A DNA stretch of 64,000 nucleotides from an uncultured Verrucomicrobiae bacterium. Its GTDB lineage: Bacteria; Verrucomicrobiota; Verrucomicrobiia; Chthoniobacterales; UBA10450. The stretch lies in assembly GCA_963756875.1 (NCBI GenBank), contig CAVWPA010000001.1:32001-96000 (forward strand), written 5' to 3'. Both the position numbers and the translations under genes were made by a program. The notes under the pieces were generated by a model. It ran no database searches. It was not told where the DNA came from and saw only the letters and a list, made by a program, of their open reading frames with translations. This document shows positions 28,872 through 40,721 of this stretch, piece by piece. The stretch's first letter is position 1. Each line of letters opens with the position of its first letter.

Positions 28872-29612
28872 TTACGCCGCCGCCGCTTCATCGCAAACCA
28901 GTGTGCCAACTTTTCGGCCCAGCACCGCGTCGCGAATGTTGCTCGGCTTGTTCATGTCGAACACCACAATCGGGATTTTGTTGTCCATGCAAAGACTGAA
29001 CGCCGTCGAATCCATAATTTTCAGTCGTTTCGTCAGCGCTTCGGTGAATGTGACGCGATCGTAGCGCTTGGCGTCCGGGTGCGCGACTGGATCGCGATCG
29101 TAGACACCGTCCACTTTTGTCGCCTTTAAAATGGCATCGGCCCCGATCTCGCTCGCGCGCAACGCGGCGGTGGTATCGGTTGAAAAATAGGGATTGCCGG
29201 TGCCGGCGGCAAAAATGACGATGCGACCAAGTTCCAGGTGCCGGATGGCGCGGCCAAGAATGAACGGTTCGGCCACATTTTTCATTTCGATCGCGGTCTG
29301 GACCCGGGTTTCCACACCCATCTGCACAAGCGCGCTACGCAAAGCCAGGGCATTGATCACGGTGGCGAGCATGCCCATGTAATCGGCGGTTGTGCGATCC
29401 ATCCCGCGGTGTGCGGCGGAGGATCCTCGCCAAATATTTCCGCCGCCGATCACCACTGAAATTTGCACGCCGAGGCGGTGTACGTCCTTGATGCGGTCCG
29501 CGATTTCGCGCACCACGGCGGGAGAAATATTCTCGCGCGCTCCTCGTTCCTGAAGAGCTTCGCCGCTCAGCTTCAGGACGATGCGTTTGTAAGCGGCAGC
29601 CTCCGTTTTCAT
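28872..29612 (-). CDS. pyrH: UMP kinase
   Basis: [44 protein letters not shown]. Confidence 0.97.
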   Translation of the reverse strand: MKTEAAAYKRIVLKLSGEALQERGARENISPAVVREIADRIKDVHRLGVQISVVIGGGNIWRGSSAAHRGMDRTTADYMGMLATVINALALRSALVQMGVETRVQTAIEMKNVAEPFILGRAIRHLELGRIVIFAAGTGNPYFSTDTTAALRASEIGADAILKATKVDGVYDRDPVAHPDAKRYDRVTFTEALTKRLKIMDSTAFSLCMDNKIPIVVFDMNKPSNIRDAVLGRKVGTLVCDEAAAA

Positions 29613-29776
29613 GCGCGAAAGAATGAAACAGGAGGGAAGGATGTTTGAAAAGCAAAATGGTAGTTCTCTCTCTGTGGGAGCACGGGCAAGCCCGCCCTTC
29701 GCTCAACGAAGCGCCTGCAACCGTGGATGGCGTGATTCATTAACCTTTGCGAGGTCCCTCTCCCGCGGCCGCGGGA

Positions 29777-30706
29777 TCAGGATGACAGCGCGTGACCATG
29801 CCCTCGAAGGAATTCGCCTGCGGTCATTGTTCGCTTGCCTTCCAACTGCACTTCGCACAACGACAGCGCGCCCTTTCCGGCGGCGATGATAAACTCGTCT
29901 TCGCTTCGCAGAATCTCGCCGGGTTTTCCGTCGCAATCGACAATCGTAGCGGAGAAGATTTTCAAATTTCGGGTTTTATCTTGTTTGGTTGAGATCGGCG
30001 TGAACGCGCCCGGCCATGGATTAAAAGCGCGAATTTTTCGCTCGATCGCTTCCGCCGGTTCCGACCAATCGATTTGCCCATCTTCGCGATTCAATTTGGG
30101 CGCTTGAGTGGCAAATGCATTGTCCTGTGGAACACGCGGGGCGTGTCCGCTGGCGAGCAGCCGCAAAGATTCCAGGATCGCGTCCGGCGCAACCTGCGCG
30201 AGCCGGTCGTGCAACGAGCTGCCCGTGTCGGCAGTCGAGATATCGATCTTGCTTTGCAAAAGGATGTCGCCGGTATCGAGTCCTTCATCCATGTACATGG
30301 TCGTGATCCCGGTCTCGCAATCGCCCGAGACAATGGCAGCTTGAATGGGCGCGGCACCGCGCCAGCGCGGCAATAGGGATGCGTGCAGATTTAAGCACGC
30401 GATTCGTGGAATCTCGAGTACAGCGCGCGGCAAAATCTGTCCGTACGCCATCACCACGATGACATCCGGTTGCAGCGCGCTAAGTCTTTCGATCGATTCC
30501 TGATCTTTGATCCGCGCCGGCTGCAAAATCGGTATCCTTGATCCAGCGAGCGCTTTTTTTATCGGCGGCGATTCGATTCGTTGATCGCGCCCGACAGGCT
30601 TGTCGGTCTTCGTCACGACGGCGGCGAGTTCGTGTTCGGCCGATCGTTGCAATGCCTGCAGGGTCGGCACGCCGATTTCGCCCGTGCCGATAAAAACGAT
30701 GCGCAT
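29777..30706 (-). CDS. fmt: Methionyl-tRNA formyltransferase
   Basis: RIVFIGT, VMAYGQIL, NLHASLLPRWRGAAPIQ, GLDTGD, IRAFNPWP. Confidence 0.96.
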   Translation of the reverse strand: MRIVFIGTGEIGVPTLQALQRSAEHELAAVVTKTDKPVGRDQRIESPPIKKALAGSRIPILQPARIKDQESIERLSALQPDVIVVMAYGQILPRAVLEIPRIACLNLHASLLPRWRGAAPIQAAIVSGDCETGITTMYMDEGLDTGDILLQSKIDISTADTGSSLHDRLAQVAPDAILESLRLLASGHAPRVPQDNAFATQAPKLNREDGQIDWSEPAEAIERKIRAFNPWPGAFTPISTKQDKTRNLKIFSATIVDCDGKPGEILRSEDEFIIAAGKGALSLCEVQLEGKRTMTAGEFLRGHGHALSS

Positions 30707-30712
30707 GCCGGA

Positions 30713-30955
30713 TTACGGCAGCTGATGGGCGCGTGCGCGTCGCCGGCCTTGTGCGTTTATCGCTTGCGCCATCAATTTGTCACCCGCAGTAACTTCACGC
30801 GTCCCGACTGAAGATCCGCAGCCGGTGCACAGATAATCGAAGATTTCCCGGTCAGGAAGAATCAGAAGCAGCCGCTCGCGAACCGGCATCGTTGCCTTGC
30901 ACTTTTCGCAGTAAAGAGCGGATGCGGTGAAATTTTCAAACTGCTGCTGGCTCAT
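30713..30955 (-). CDS. Small zinc-ribbon protein
   Basis: Two CxxC pairs (CEKC, CTGC); co-oriented between adk and fmt. Confidence 0.7.
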   Translation of the reverse strand: MSQQQFENFTASALYCEKCKATMPVRERLLLILPDREIFDYLCTGCGSSVGTREVTAGDKLMAQAINAQGRRRARAHQLP

Positions 30956-31539
30956 GGTTAACGCCGTTTACGCTCGCCAAAATATCCAGTAACACTTTCG
31001 CTGGCGGCTGCGTGGCGTCAATCACGGTGACACATTCTTTCGGATAATAGCCGAGCACGGGCTTGGACTCTTTCTCGTACAGTCTCCAGGCGCTTCTGAA
31101 TGACCTGCTCATTTGCGTCGTCGAGGCGATTGTCTTTCAGTGCGCGCTTTTTTAATCGTTGAAACAGCGTCTCACGGTTCGGGCAAGAGAGATGAAAGAC
31201 CTTTTCCACGTCGATCATCTCCTCCATGATTTTCGCCTGGCCGACGTTCCGCGGAATGCCGTCGAGCACAAGAATGTCGATGTCGGGCTTGAATTTGTGC
31301 CCATCGACAGCTGCGTCGATCGCCTCCTTCCAAAGTTCAACGGTGATATCGTCCGGCACCAGATGGCCTTTGCTGGAATATTCGAGGAACGCCTTGCCGA
31401 CTTTCGTTCGCGTGTCGATTGAGCGAAACACGTCCCCACAGGGGCAATGATAAAAACGCGGGATTGTCCCGAGCGTTTTGCCCTGCGTGCCTTTGCCGCT
31501 GCCTGGGGCGCCAAAGAGGATGAACGTTCGATACTTCAC
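30936..31539 (-). CDS. adk: Adenylate kinase family protein, +1 frameshift near 31081
   Basis: GAPGSGKGTQ, GDVFR, G.LVPD, LDGIPRN..QA, R.DD; the expected RLETYEKESKPVLGYY continues in another frame to TGA at 30936. Confidence 0.85.
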
Positions 31540-31624
31540 AAAGGGAATTCCTTATACCGTAAACTGACTGAAACAGAAAAGACGAAACGGAACCGCGGAA
31601 CGAAAGTTTCTCCCCGGCTCGGTT

Positions 31625-31879
31625 CTACTTCGCGACCGCGGGATCGACGTTTACCCGACGGCCCGCCCGGTCGAAGCGGACGTTCCCATCCACCAGCGCA
31701 AAAATCGTGTAATCGCGGCCGACACCGACATTCTTACCAGGCAGAAACTTCGTTCCGCGCTGGCGCACGATGATGTTGCCGGCAACGACCATTTCGCTGC
31801 CAAACTTTTTTACGCCGAGACGCTTGCTAACGCTGTCGCGGCCGTTCTTGACGCTGCCTTGTCCTTTTTTATGAGCCAT
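31625..31879 (-). CDS. rpmA: 50S ribosomal protein L27
   Basis: [31 protein letters not shown]. Confidence 0.98.
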   Translation of the reverse strand: MAHKKGQGSVKNGRDSVSKRLGVKKFGSEMVVAGNIIVRQRGTKFLPGKNVGVGRDYTIFALVDGNVRFDRAGRRVNVDPAVAK

Positions 31880-31921
31880 GGGGAAAGTCGATGGTTGATG
31901 GTTGAGAGTGAATAGACGGAT

Positions 31922-32269
31922 CTACTCCGACTTTTTTGCCGCGGTTTTCTTCGCGCCGACGCTGATCGACTTGATTTTTACACGCGTCAATTTACGCCGA
32001 TGGCCGACCGTGCGGTGATAACCCTTGCGCCGTCGGTACTTGAACGCGATGACTTTTTTGTCCTTGCGTTGCTCCACCACTTCAGCGGTGACTTTTGCGC
32101 CTGAAATGTGCGGATCGCCATGTGTGAGATTTTTCCCGTCGGCGTACATCAGTACATCTCCGAACGTGGCGGTCTTCCCGGCATCCAAGTCCAGAAGATC
32201 GACATCAATCGTGTCGCCTTCCTCAACGCGGTATTGCCGCCCGCCAGTTTTGATAATTGCGTAAGCCAT
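31922..32269 (-). CDS. rplU: 50S ribosomal protein L21
   Basis: MAYAIIKTGGRQY, KVIAFKYRRRKGY, GHR. Confidence 0.97.
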   Translation of the reverse strand: MAYAIIKTGGRQYRVEEGDTIDVDLLDLDAGKTATFGDVLMYADGKNLTHGDPHISGAKVTAEVVEQRKDKKVIAFKYRRRKGYHRTVGHRRKLTRVKIKSISVGAKKTAAKKSE

Positions 32270-32376
32270 AAGCGTTTTCGGGGAGAAAAAGCCGCGAAAA
32301 CTTCCATAGACCGGCCGCTTTGACAAGCGGAAAGAATCGATCTCTTGGAAGGACGCGTGCCGTCGTGTCCCAAACT

Positions 32377-33069
32377 TTAGGGCGCCGACGGCGCGGACGT
32401 CCCGCGGCGGTGGTTTGAGATTACCAGCACAATCTCCCCTTTGGGTGGATGGGTTTCGTAGTGCTTCAACAGTTCGCCGGCCGTTCCGCGCCGGAATTCC
32501 TCGAATTTTTTGGTCAGCTCGCGCGCAACGCAAAGCTGTCGGTCCGGCAGGATGTCGATGCAGGCCTTCAGCGTTTTCGTCAGCCGGTACGGGGACTCGA
32601 AATAAATCGACGTTTCATCCCGCGCGGCAGCCATACCCAACTCGCGCCCGCGACGGCCGCTTTTGACGGGAAGAAATCCTCCGAAAAAGAACTGATCGGC
32701 TGAAAATCCCGATCCGACCAACGCCATGAGGATGGATGACGGGCCGGGGATCATTGTGAATGGCAACGCGCGCCGAATGCATTCACGAATCAGCCGCGCT
32801 CCGGGATCCGACAAGCCCGGTGTTCCAGCATCCGTGATTAATGCGATTTTTTCACCGGCTGCGAGGCGCTGGACGAGTTGGGCCGTACGCGCCGCCTCGT
32901 TGTGTTGATGGAAACTGATAAACGGCTTTTCGATTTTGTAATGCTTTAGCAAAAGGCCGGAATGGCGCGTGTCTTCCGCCGCCACAAGGTCGACCTCTTT
33001 TAAGGCTTCAAGCGCGCGCAGAGTGATATCGCCCAGGTTTCCGATTGGCGTTGCGATCACGTAAAGCAT
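32377..33069 (-). CDS. rsmI: 16S rRNA C1402 2'-O-methyltransferase
   Basis: LYVIATPIGNLGDIT.RA, AEDTR, DAGTPGLSDPG, FESPYR, RELTKKFEE. Confidence 0.95.
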   Translation of the reverse strand: MLYVIATPIGNLGDITLRALEALKEVDLVAAEDTRHSGLLLKHYKIEKPFISFHQHNEAARTAQLVQRLAAGEKIALITDAGTPGLSDPGARLIRECIRRALPFTMIPGPSSILMALVGSGFSADQFFFGGFLPVKSGRRGRELGMAAARDETSIYFESPYRLTKTLKACIDILPDRQLCVARELTKKFEEFRRGTAGELLKHYETHPPKGEIVLVISNHRRGTSAPSAP

Positions 33070-33171
33070 GTTCGAGCATCGGGCAGGAATCTGTTTTTCG
33101 CTATTGATTGCGTTTCAGACAAAGCCAAGCGTTTAGGCGAAAACGATTAAAAAGAGGAGACACTTGAGTAT

Positions 33172-33528
33172 ATGAAAACAGGTATTTGTTTATTGGCTTT
33201 ACCTTTGGCGTTAATCGGTTGCGCGCAGAGGCCGCCACCGCCGGTGACAACAACGACAAGCGTTACCCATGAGGTGACAACAGCCGGCCTGCATGGCGGC
33301 GAACTCCTCGTGAGCAAGGCTCCTCCGCCAGCCCGCTTTGAGAAGGTGCCTGTCGCGCCCGCTCCGGACTACGCCTGGGTACGGGGTCACTGGCGCTGGA
33401 CCGGAAACCGCTATTTCTGGGCGCGCGGCCAATGGGTAGCGCGTCCCTCGGCTTCAGCTGCCTGGGTGCAGGGTCAATGGGTTCGGCGACCGGGTGGCTG
33501 GGTCTGGATTCGGGGCCGCTGGCAATAA
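33172..33528 (+). CDS. Lipoprotein with YXWGXW-type repeats
   Basis: Lipobox LIGC; repeated W..G.W (YAWVRGHW, YFWARGQW, WVQGQW, WIRGRW). Confidence 0.82.
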   Translation: MKTGICLLALPLALIGCAQRPPPPVTTTTSVTHEVTTAGLHGGELLVSKAPPPARFEKVPVAPAPDYAWVRGHWRWTGNRYFWARGQWVARPSASAAWVQGQWVRRPGGWVWIRGRWQ

Positions 33529-33585
33529 ATCGATCCACCAGAAGCAAAAAACCCGGGTTATTCAGCGAATGTGATAGTCCGCCGC

Positions 33586-36500
33586 CTACCGTTTTGCCGG
33601 CCAGAGAAATTCGTCGCGATATTGCGGCGTTTCTTCAGGGGCGAAGCCGTGGCGCGTGATATTTTCGGTAACGACGCGCGGGACGAGGAAGTGGAGCAGA
33701 TAATCGGCGCCGCCGGCTTTCGTGCCGCCGCCGCTCATTTTGAATCCCCCAAACGGATGGCGGCCGACGATCGCGCCGGTGCAAGAGCGATTAATGTAAA
33801 CATTCCCGGCTTCGATTTGCGCTTTGGCGCGCTCGATGTTCGCGGGGCTGCGTGAAAAAAATCCCGCGGTCAACGCGTAATCCGTCCCATTGGCGACTTC
33901 GATTGCTTCGTCGAGATCGCGCACTTTGATGACGCTTAATACCGGCCCGAAAATTTCTTCGCGTGCAATCCGCATGTTTGGTTTCACGTTGGTGAAAATG
34001 GTCGGTGGAATGAAAAAACCTTTCTCCGGGATGTCCTTCCTCTGAAAGGCCAACTGGGCTTCCGATTTTCCGATCTCGATGTATTCCAGGATGCGTTTGT
34101 AAGCGGCACTATCGATCACCGGTCCGACCGTAACGCCGGGTTCTTCGGGATTGCCAACCCGCAGGCTGGCCACGGCGTTCAGCAACCGTTCCATCACGCG
34201 ATCGTAATTTTCTTCGAGCACGACCAGACGCGAACAGGCGGAACATTTCTGTCCCTGATAGCCGAACGCTGAATAAGTCGAATCGACAATCGCTTCGTCG
34301 AGATCGGCGTCCGAATCGATGATAATGGCGTTTTTCCCGCCCATTTCGCAAATGACGTGCTTGAGCTCTCGTTGTCCGGGCCGGGTTTTGCCGGCACTCT
34401 CCCAGATTCGCAGCCCCACTTCGCGTGAGCCGGTAAATGCAATGAGATCGATGTCCTTGTGATCGACCAGGTGCGCCCCCATGACCGAACCCTTGCCGGG
34501 CAGATAATTGAGGACGCCGGGAGGAACGCCCGCTTCCTCAAAGATCTCCATCAACATGGCGCCGACGACCGCCGACGGTTCAGCTGGTTTCATGATCACG
34601 GTGTTGCCCGTGACGAGCGCCGCCGAGGTCATGCCGGCCAAAATCGCCAACGGAAAATTCCACGGGGCGATGACGAAGGCGACTCCACGCGGCCAGTAGT
34701 GCTGATAACTTTCTTCGCCGAGGACCTGCTGGGTGAGGCGTGGCCGGCCGATCAACCGCATCTGATGCGCGTAGAAGTGGCAAAAATCGATCGCCTCGCG
34801 AATATCGCCATCGGCTTCAGACCATGGTTTGCCGACCTCGAAAATCTCGAGCGCGGAAAGTTCGTAACGCCGCCGTTCCATAATTTCGGCAGCGCGTTCA
34901 AGCAAGCGCGCGCGCGTTTCAAAGGATGTCCGTCCCCATTTTCCAGCCGCTTCGCGCGCAGCCACCACAGCCCGCTCCGTTTCGGGGATACCGGCTTCGG
35001 CGACGTGGCCGATGACTTCCTCCGGCGCGCTGGGGTTGACCGAGGCGATGGTCTTGCCCGTCCATACCTTCTCGCCGTTGATGACGAGCGGATATTTTTG
35101 GCCCAACTGAGAGCGCACATGCGCGAGCGCCGCGCGCATTCGTTCCTGATTTTGCGGGTTTCCGAAGCTCGCAAGCGGTGCATTCTCAAATGCGTCGCTG
35201 GGCGAGCCGTGTGATTGGATTTTATTCCCCGCTGACGAACCTCCGCGGGCCTCTTTATCTGGAATCTTGAAATTCTTCATACCATCCCCACTTTGCGTCA
35301 GGAGATCGTTTGGATCACGCAATAATTCTTCTTCAGAGACGTTCTCGGCAAATTTTGCTCGCAGGAAACCTTCGTTGGACGTGTTTTCGAGCAAGCGGCG
35401 AACGAGGTACGACATCCCCGGGAGAAGCTCGCCCACCGGGCAATATTCGCGAACGCGATAACCCATTTCTACGAGGGCGCGCTTGATCGGTCCGCCCATG
35501 CCGTAAAGCAATTGGAATTCGAAGCGGCTGCGATCGATCCCCAGTTGATCCGCGAACGCCTGCGCGTGCGCGATGCTGCGCACATTGTGCGAGCCGAATG
35601 CCGGAGTGACGATGTCTTCATTTTCAAGCAGGAGGCGCGTAAGCAGCTCGAAATTCGCGTCGCTCTCGGGCTTTTGCAGATAAACCGGGACACTCCAGCC
35701 GTTCTGCATCGATTTGATTTTTTCGTAGTCCCAGTACGCGCCTTTGACCAGCCGAACGGCGAACCGCGTGCCGCGTGACCGGCCCCACTCGAGCAGCCGG
35801 ACAAGGTCCGCTTCCGCATCGCGCAGATAGGCCTGGATCACAATGCCGGCATGCCGCCAATCGTGAAATTCCGCTTCGGTAAAAAGCATTTTGAAAAGCT
35901 CGAGCGTAGCGTTCTTATGCGCGTAACTTTCCATGTCGAAATTGACGAACGCGCCCAGTTCGCGGGCGCGGCGCAGAATGGGACGAAGCTTTGGCGCGAG
36001 ATGCGCAATCGCGTCCGCCGGATCGGCCGGATTCATCTGTGAATACAGTGCGGAAATTTTCACAGAGAGATTTACGACGGGGAATAATTCGGAATTCTTT
36101 CCAAGCGGATCGGTCCAGTCCCGTGTTTCGGCGGCCAGACGTTCAAGCAAGTCCAGGCAACGCGTTGCGTATTGCGTTGCTTCCTTTTCGCTTACCACCG
36201 CTTCGCCCAAAAGATCGACCGTGAAGTCAATTTTTTTTGCGTGGCGCTTGCGCAACGTTTTCATTACATCGTCGGGATTCCTTCCGGCAATGAATTGCCG
36301 GGCCATCCCGGCAACGTTCCAGCGCAGGACGCGGCCGCTCACCCAGGGCAGCGCCCTGGCGGCCCAGACGCCTGTTCGCAAAAGCGGGGCGAAGCCGTTG
36401 CGCGTCTCGGCGAAATATTCGTCGAGATGCCGCACGATCTCTCCATTGCGCCGAAGCGAAGCCAGAACATCGACAAAGCGAAACATCTGGACCTTGAAAT

Positions 36501-36633
36501 TCTCGTCGCGCATCGAGAACTCCATCAGGCGTTGATAGAATCCGGCTTTGCTGAAAAGCGAGTCGGAGTGGCGATCAACCAGATCGAAAATTGCGGCGCC
36601 GCGCCGCTCGATTTCACCCTGGAGAGAGCTCAT
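33586..36633 (-). CDS. putA: Bifunctional proline dehydrogenase / P5C dehydrogenase
   Basis: FRFVDV, DLLGE, DME, RLVKGAYWD, YLVRRLLEN; ALDH half with PWNFP, FTGS, EMGGKN, GQKCSACSR, EEIFGP. Confidence 0.95.
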   Translation of the reverse strand: MSSLQGEIERRGAAIFDLVDRHSDSLFSKAGFYQRLMEFSMRDENFKVQMFRFVDVLASLRRNGEIVRHLDEYFAETRNGFAPLLRTGVWAARALPWVSGRVLRWNVAGMARQFIAGRNPDDVMKTLRKRHAKKIDFTVDLLGEAVVSEKEATQYATRCLDLLERLAAETRDWTDPLGKNSELFPVVNLSVKISALYSQMNPADPADAIAHLAPKLRPILRRARELGAFVNFDMESYAHKNATLELFKMLFTEAEFHDWRHAGIVIQAYLRDAEADLVRLLEWGRSRGTRFAVRLVKGAYWDYEKIKSMQNGWSVPVYLQKPESDANFELLTRLLLENEDIVTPAFGSHNVRSIAHAQAFADQLGIDRSRFEFQLLYGMGGPIKRALVEMGYRVREYCPVGELLPGMSYLVRRLLENTSNEGFLRAKFAENVSEEELLRDPNDLLTQSGDGMKNFKIPDKEARGGSSAGNKIQSHGSPSDAFENAPLASFGNPQNQERMRAALAHVRSQLGQKYPLVINGEKVWTGKTIASVNPSAPEEVIGHVAEAGIPETERAVVAAREAAGKWGRTSFETRARLLERAAEIMERRRYELSALEIFEVGKPWSEADGDIREAIDFCHFYAHQMRLIGRPRLTQQVLGEESYQHYWPRGVAFVIAPWNFPLAILAGMTSAALVTGNTVIMKPAEPSAVVGAMLMEIFEEAGVPPGVLNYLPGKGSVMGAHLVDHKDIDLIAFTGSREVGLRIWESAGKTRPGQRELKHVICEMGGKNAIIIDSDADLDEAIVDSTYSAFGYQGQKCSACSRLVVLEENYDRVMERLLNAVASLRVGNPEEPGVTVGPVIDSAAYKRILEYIEIGKSEAQLAFQRKDIPEKGFFIPPTIFTNVKPNMRIAREEIFGPVLSVIKVRDLDEAIEVANGTDYALTAGFFSRSPANIERAKAQIEAGNVYINRSCTGAIVGRHPFGGFKMSGGGTKAGGADYLLHFLVPRVVTENITRHGFAPEETPQYRDEFLWPAKR

Positions 36634-36901
36634 TGCGAAAAACTAATCTCGCGATTTGGGTTAGGCAAAAGAAGAACGCGCTGGTTGGAGCGAAAAGATC
36701 GATTTCTGCTGAGATACGGTCACTTTGCGCCCCGGATTCGAAGTAAGGCTGAAAGCGCTTCTCTTCGGGGGCAACTAGAGGTGATCTGGCCGGCGAGCCC
36801 TTGAAGCCCTGTGCGCCGGGGCTCGTTAGGCGATCTCTGTATTTAAGTGAGCGGTCGCTTCCGATTTGATCGCAACGCCAGAGTCGGTTAGCAAGATCGG
36901 G

Positions 36902-37969
36902 ATGCAAAACTCTGATGGGCGGTATGAACTGGCCAGCGACAACACGGCTGCGATTTGCCCCGAGGCGCTGGCCGCGCTGGAAAAGGCAAACATGGGCGCG
37001 ACGCCTTCCTACGGGGACGACCAGTGGACTGCGCAGCTTCGCGAACGAGTGCGCGAGATTTTCGAGACAGACTGCGTTGCTCACCTCGTTTTCAATGGCA
37101 CTGCCGCCAACGCGCTCGCTCTCGCGCAACTTTGCCAGTCTTTTCACAGCATTGTTTGTCATGAGAATGCCCATATTCAGACGGACGAATGTGGCGCGCC
37201 GGAATTCTTCACGAAGGGGTCGAAGCTGCTTCTCGTGGGCGGCGGCAATGGCAAGATCGACATTGGCCAGGCGGAAACAGTCATTGCACGTCAGCCGGAA
37301 CTGCATGCCCACAAGCCCCGCGCAATCAGTGTGACCCAGTCCACGGAGTTTGGGACGGTTTACCGACCCGAGGAGATCGCTGCAGTGGCCGAATTGGCGC
37401 GCAGACACGAAATGTTTTTACACATGGATGGCGCGCGCTTTGCGAATGCCATTGCCTCTCTCAATTGCGCACCCAAGGAAATTACATGGCAGCTTGGTGT
37501 CGATGTTCTCTGCTTTGGCGGAACCAAAAACGGCGTGGCCGCAGGCGAATTAGTTGTCTTTTTTAGAAAAGAACTGGCTCGGGAGTTTGATTATCGCCTC
37601 AAACAAGGCGGTCAACTTGCGTCGAAGATGCGTTTCCTGGCCGCGCCCTGGCTTGGGCTTTTGACCAACGATGCCTGGTTGCGCAATGCGAGACATGCCA
37701 ACCAAATGGCCGTCCGGTTGGCCGAACGTTTGCGAATGGAAGCCGGGTTAAATGTCGTTTTTCCGGTGGAAGCGAGCGGCGTTTTTGTTCAACTCAACGA
37801 GCAGATTGTGCGGGGCCTGCATGATCGCGGCTGGCATTTCTACAAATTTGTCGAGCCGGATATTTATCGAATGATGTGCTCGTGGTCTGCGACCGGTGCG
37901 GAGATCGATGCGTTCGTTGCCGGTGTCTGTTGCATTCAGCAGAAGCTCACCGATATAAGAACCAGATGA
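36902..37969 (+). CDS. ltaE: Low-specificity L-threonine aldolase
   Basis: ASDN, YGDD, FNGTAAN, DECGAPE, HMDGARFAN, GGTKNG. Confidence 0.88.
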   Translation: MQNSDGRYELASDNTAAICPEALAALEKANMGATPSYGDDQWTAQLRERVREIFETDCVAHLVFNGTAANALALAQLCQSFHSIVCHENAHIQTDECGAPEFFTKGSKLLLVGGGNGKIDIGQAETVIARQPELHAHKPRAISVTQSTEFGTVYRPEEIAAVAELARRHEMFLHMDGARFANAIASLNCAPKEITWQLGVDVLCFGGTKNGVAAGELVVFFRKELAREFDYRLKQGGQLASKMRFLAAPWLGLLTNDAWLRNARHANQMAVRLAERLRMEAGLNVVFPVEASGVFVQLNEQIVRGLHDRGWHFYKFVEPDIYRMMCSWSATGAEIDAFVAGVCCIQQKLTDIRTR

Positions 37970-38439
37970 ATCCGGTAACGGTCGCGATCGTTCTTCTCGG
38001 AATCTCCGTTGCAGGTTGCGCCCCCACACAGACCGTCGCCGTAACATCGTACCACGCCGTGACCGCGCCCGTTAGAATGGTTCATCGGGCGATCGCAGGG
38101 AAACCGTCAGAGACAAAAGCCGCGAGTTCCGACGTAGCGCATCCCGGCCAACCGATCGCAACGCCGACGCCGCGGATGGTTAGACACAGCTCCACATCCG
38201 AACGGACGTTACAAGTCAGCTCGACCCGAACTGTGCCGAAGTCGTCGCCATCACCATCACCATCGTCTCGCGTGACCGCCAGGCAGCCGCAGTTTCCCGT
38301 CGCCCAGGCGGTCCCTGGAAAGCCGGGACTGGTTTATAGCCCGTTCAGCCCCAACGGCGCATTGATCGACGTCAGCGGGTACCCGCCTGGGAGCAAAGTC
38401 AAAGATCCGGATTCGCAAAAAATCTTCGTGGTGCCGTAG
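37966..38439 (+). CDS. Lipoprotein with conserved C-terminal PGKPG...KIF.VP domain (paralog of 62070..62474)
   Basis: Lipobox VAGC; ATGA overlap with the ltaE stop; C-terminal ~47 aa match the 62070 ORF. Confidence 0.75.
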   Translation: MNPVTVAIVLLGISVAGCAPTQTVAVTSYHAVTAPVRMVHRAIAGKPSETKAASSDVAHPGQPIATPTPRMVRHSSTSERTLQVSSTRTVPKSSPSPSPSSRVTARQPQFPVAQAVPGKPGLVYSPFSPNGALIDVSGYPPGSKVKDPDSQKIFVVP

Positions 38440-38547
38440 CTTTCACCGGCGACTCACGGTCAATCAGGGAAATAAAATTGTCTGAAAACATGCGCGGTTT
38501 CGTCCGAATCGCGCACGAATATTGCTTTTATAGAGTTTATACTAGTT

Positions 38548-39882
<1,335 letters not shown>

Positions 39883-39911
39883 ACGTCAGTTTCTAATTTT
39901 TTACAGACTTT

Positions 39912-40493
39912 ATGAAAAAGACATACTTCTTAGCCCTCCTGGGCGGATTCATCCTCAATATTGGTTTCACCCAGGCCACAACCGTTATTCCCCCGACGTT
40001 CGACCAACTCGTCGGTCAGGCGGAATTTATATTTCAAGGATCGGTTACCGACACGCGTTCGATGTGGGTGGGCGAAGGCGCGCAACGCCACATTATCAGT
40101 TACATTACGTTCAAGGTGGAAGATACGATGAAGGGGAAGCCCGGCGCGTCGTTTGTTATGCGAATGCTTGGCGGCACCGTCGATGGAGAAACGATGGAAG
40201 TGACCGACTCACCGAAGTTCCAAATTGGCGACCGCGACATTCTATTCGTCGAAAACAATGGGCAGCAGTTCGTGCCCCTGGTTGGGATCAATCACGGCCG
40301 TTTTCATGTTAAAACCGATAGACAAACCGGCCGCGAAATTGTCACGAATGGCGAAGACGAGCCCGTTGGTGATGTGAACAGGCTTGGCCGCCGAGAAGAA
40401 GCGGCTGCGGCGGCCACGGCGTCCGAGGCTCTATCGCCTGTCAGCTTTAAGGCCGCAATTCAGAGCAAGCTGGCCGGCCAGTTGCTTAATTAA
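39912..40493 (+). CDS. Secreted hypothetical protein downstream of the matrixin
   Basis: Signal peptide ending TQA; TTV.P.TF..LV..A..IF.G.V, F.VE...KG, GG.V.G, P.F..G...ILF motifs. Confidence 0.75.
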   Translation: MKKTYFLALLGGFILNIGFTQATTVIPPTFDQLVGQAEFIFQGSVTDTRSMWVGEGAQRHIISYITFKVEDTMKGKPGASFVMRMLGGTVDGETMEVTDSPKFQIGDRDILFVENNGQQFVPLVGINHGRFHVKTDRQTGREIVTNGEDEPVGDVNRLGRREEAAAAATASEALSPVSFKAAIQSKLAGQLLN

Positions 40494-40580
40494 GCTCGAG
40501 TCGGGACGGCAGCTCTCAGTCTCATCCTTCTCCGCCAGCGTCGCCCAACTGCGTCGCGCGGGTTGTGTCGCCAAACAGCC

Positions 40581-40644
40581 TCAAGAAGCAACGGCTTTCA
40601 GCCGCCGAGCTACATAAACGGCGGCTGGAAAGTCACCGCTCTTG
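40581..40644. repeat. REP-like inverted repeat
   Basis: tcaaga..ctttcagccgccg / cggcggctggaaag..tcttga arms around an 11-nt spacer. Confidence 0.7.
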
Positions 40645-40721
40645 AATGCTCGTTCTTCTTTTGCAACATCAGCCGACCGATTCTTTCGCGTTCGCGTTCC
40701 TCTCGCTTTAGATGATGTTAA

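Noticed and set aside
35195..35300. PutA interdomain segment as another repeat insertion
   Set aside because: Only faint heptamer resemblance, and this linker is naturally variable
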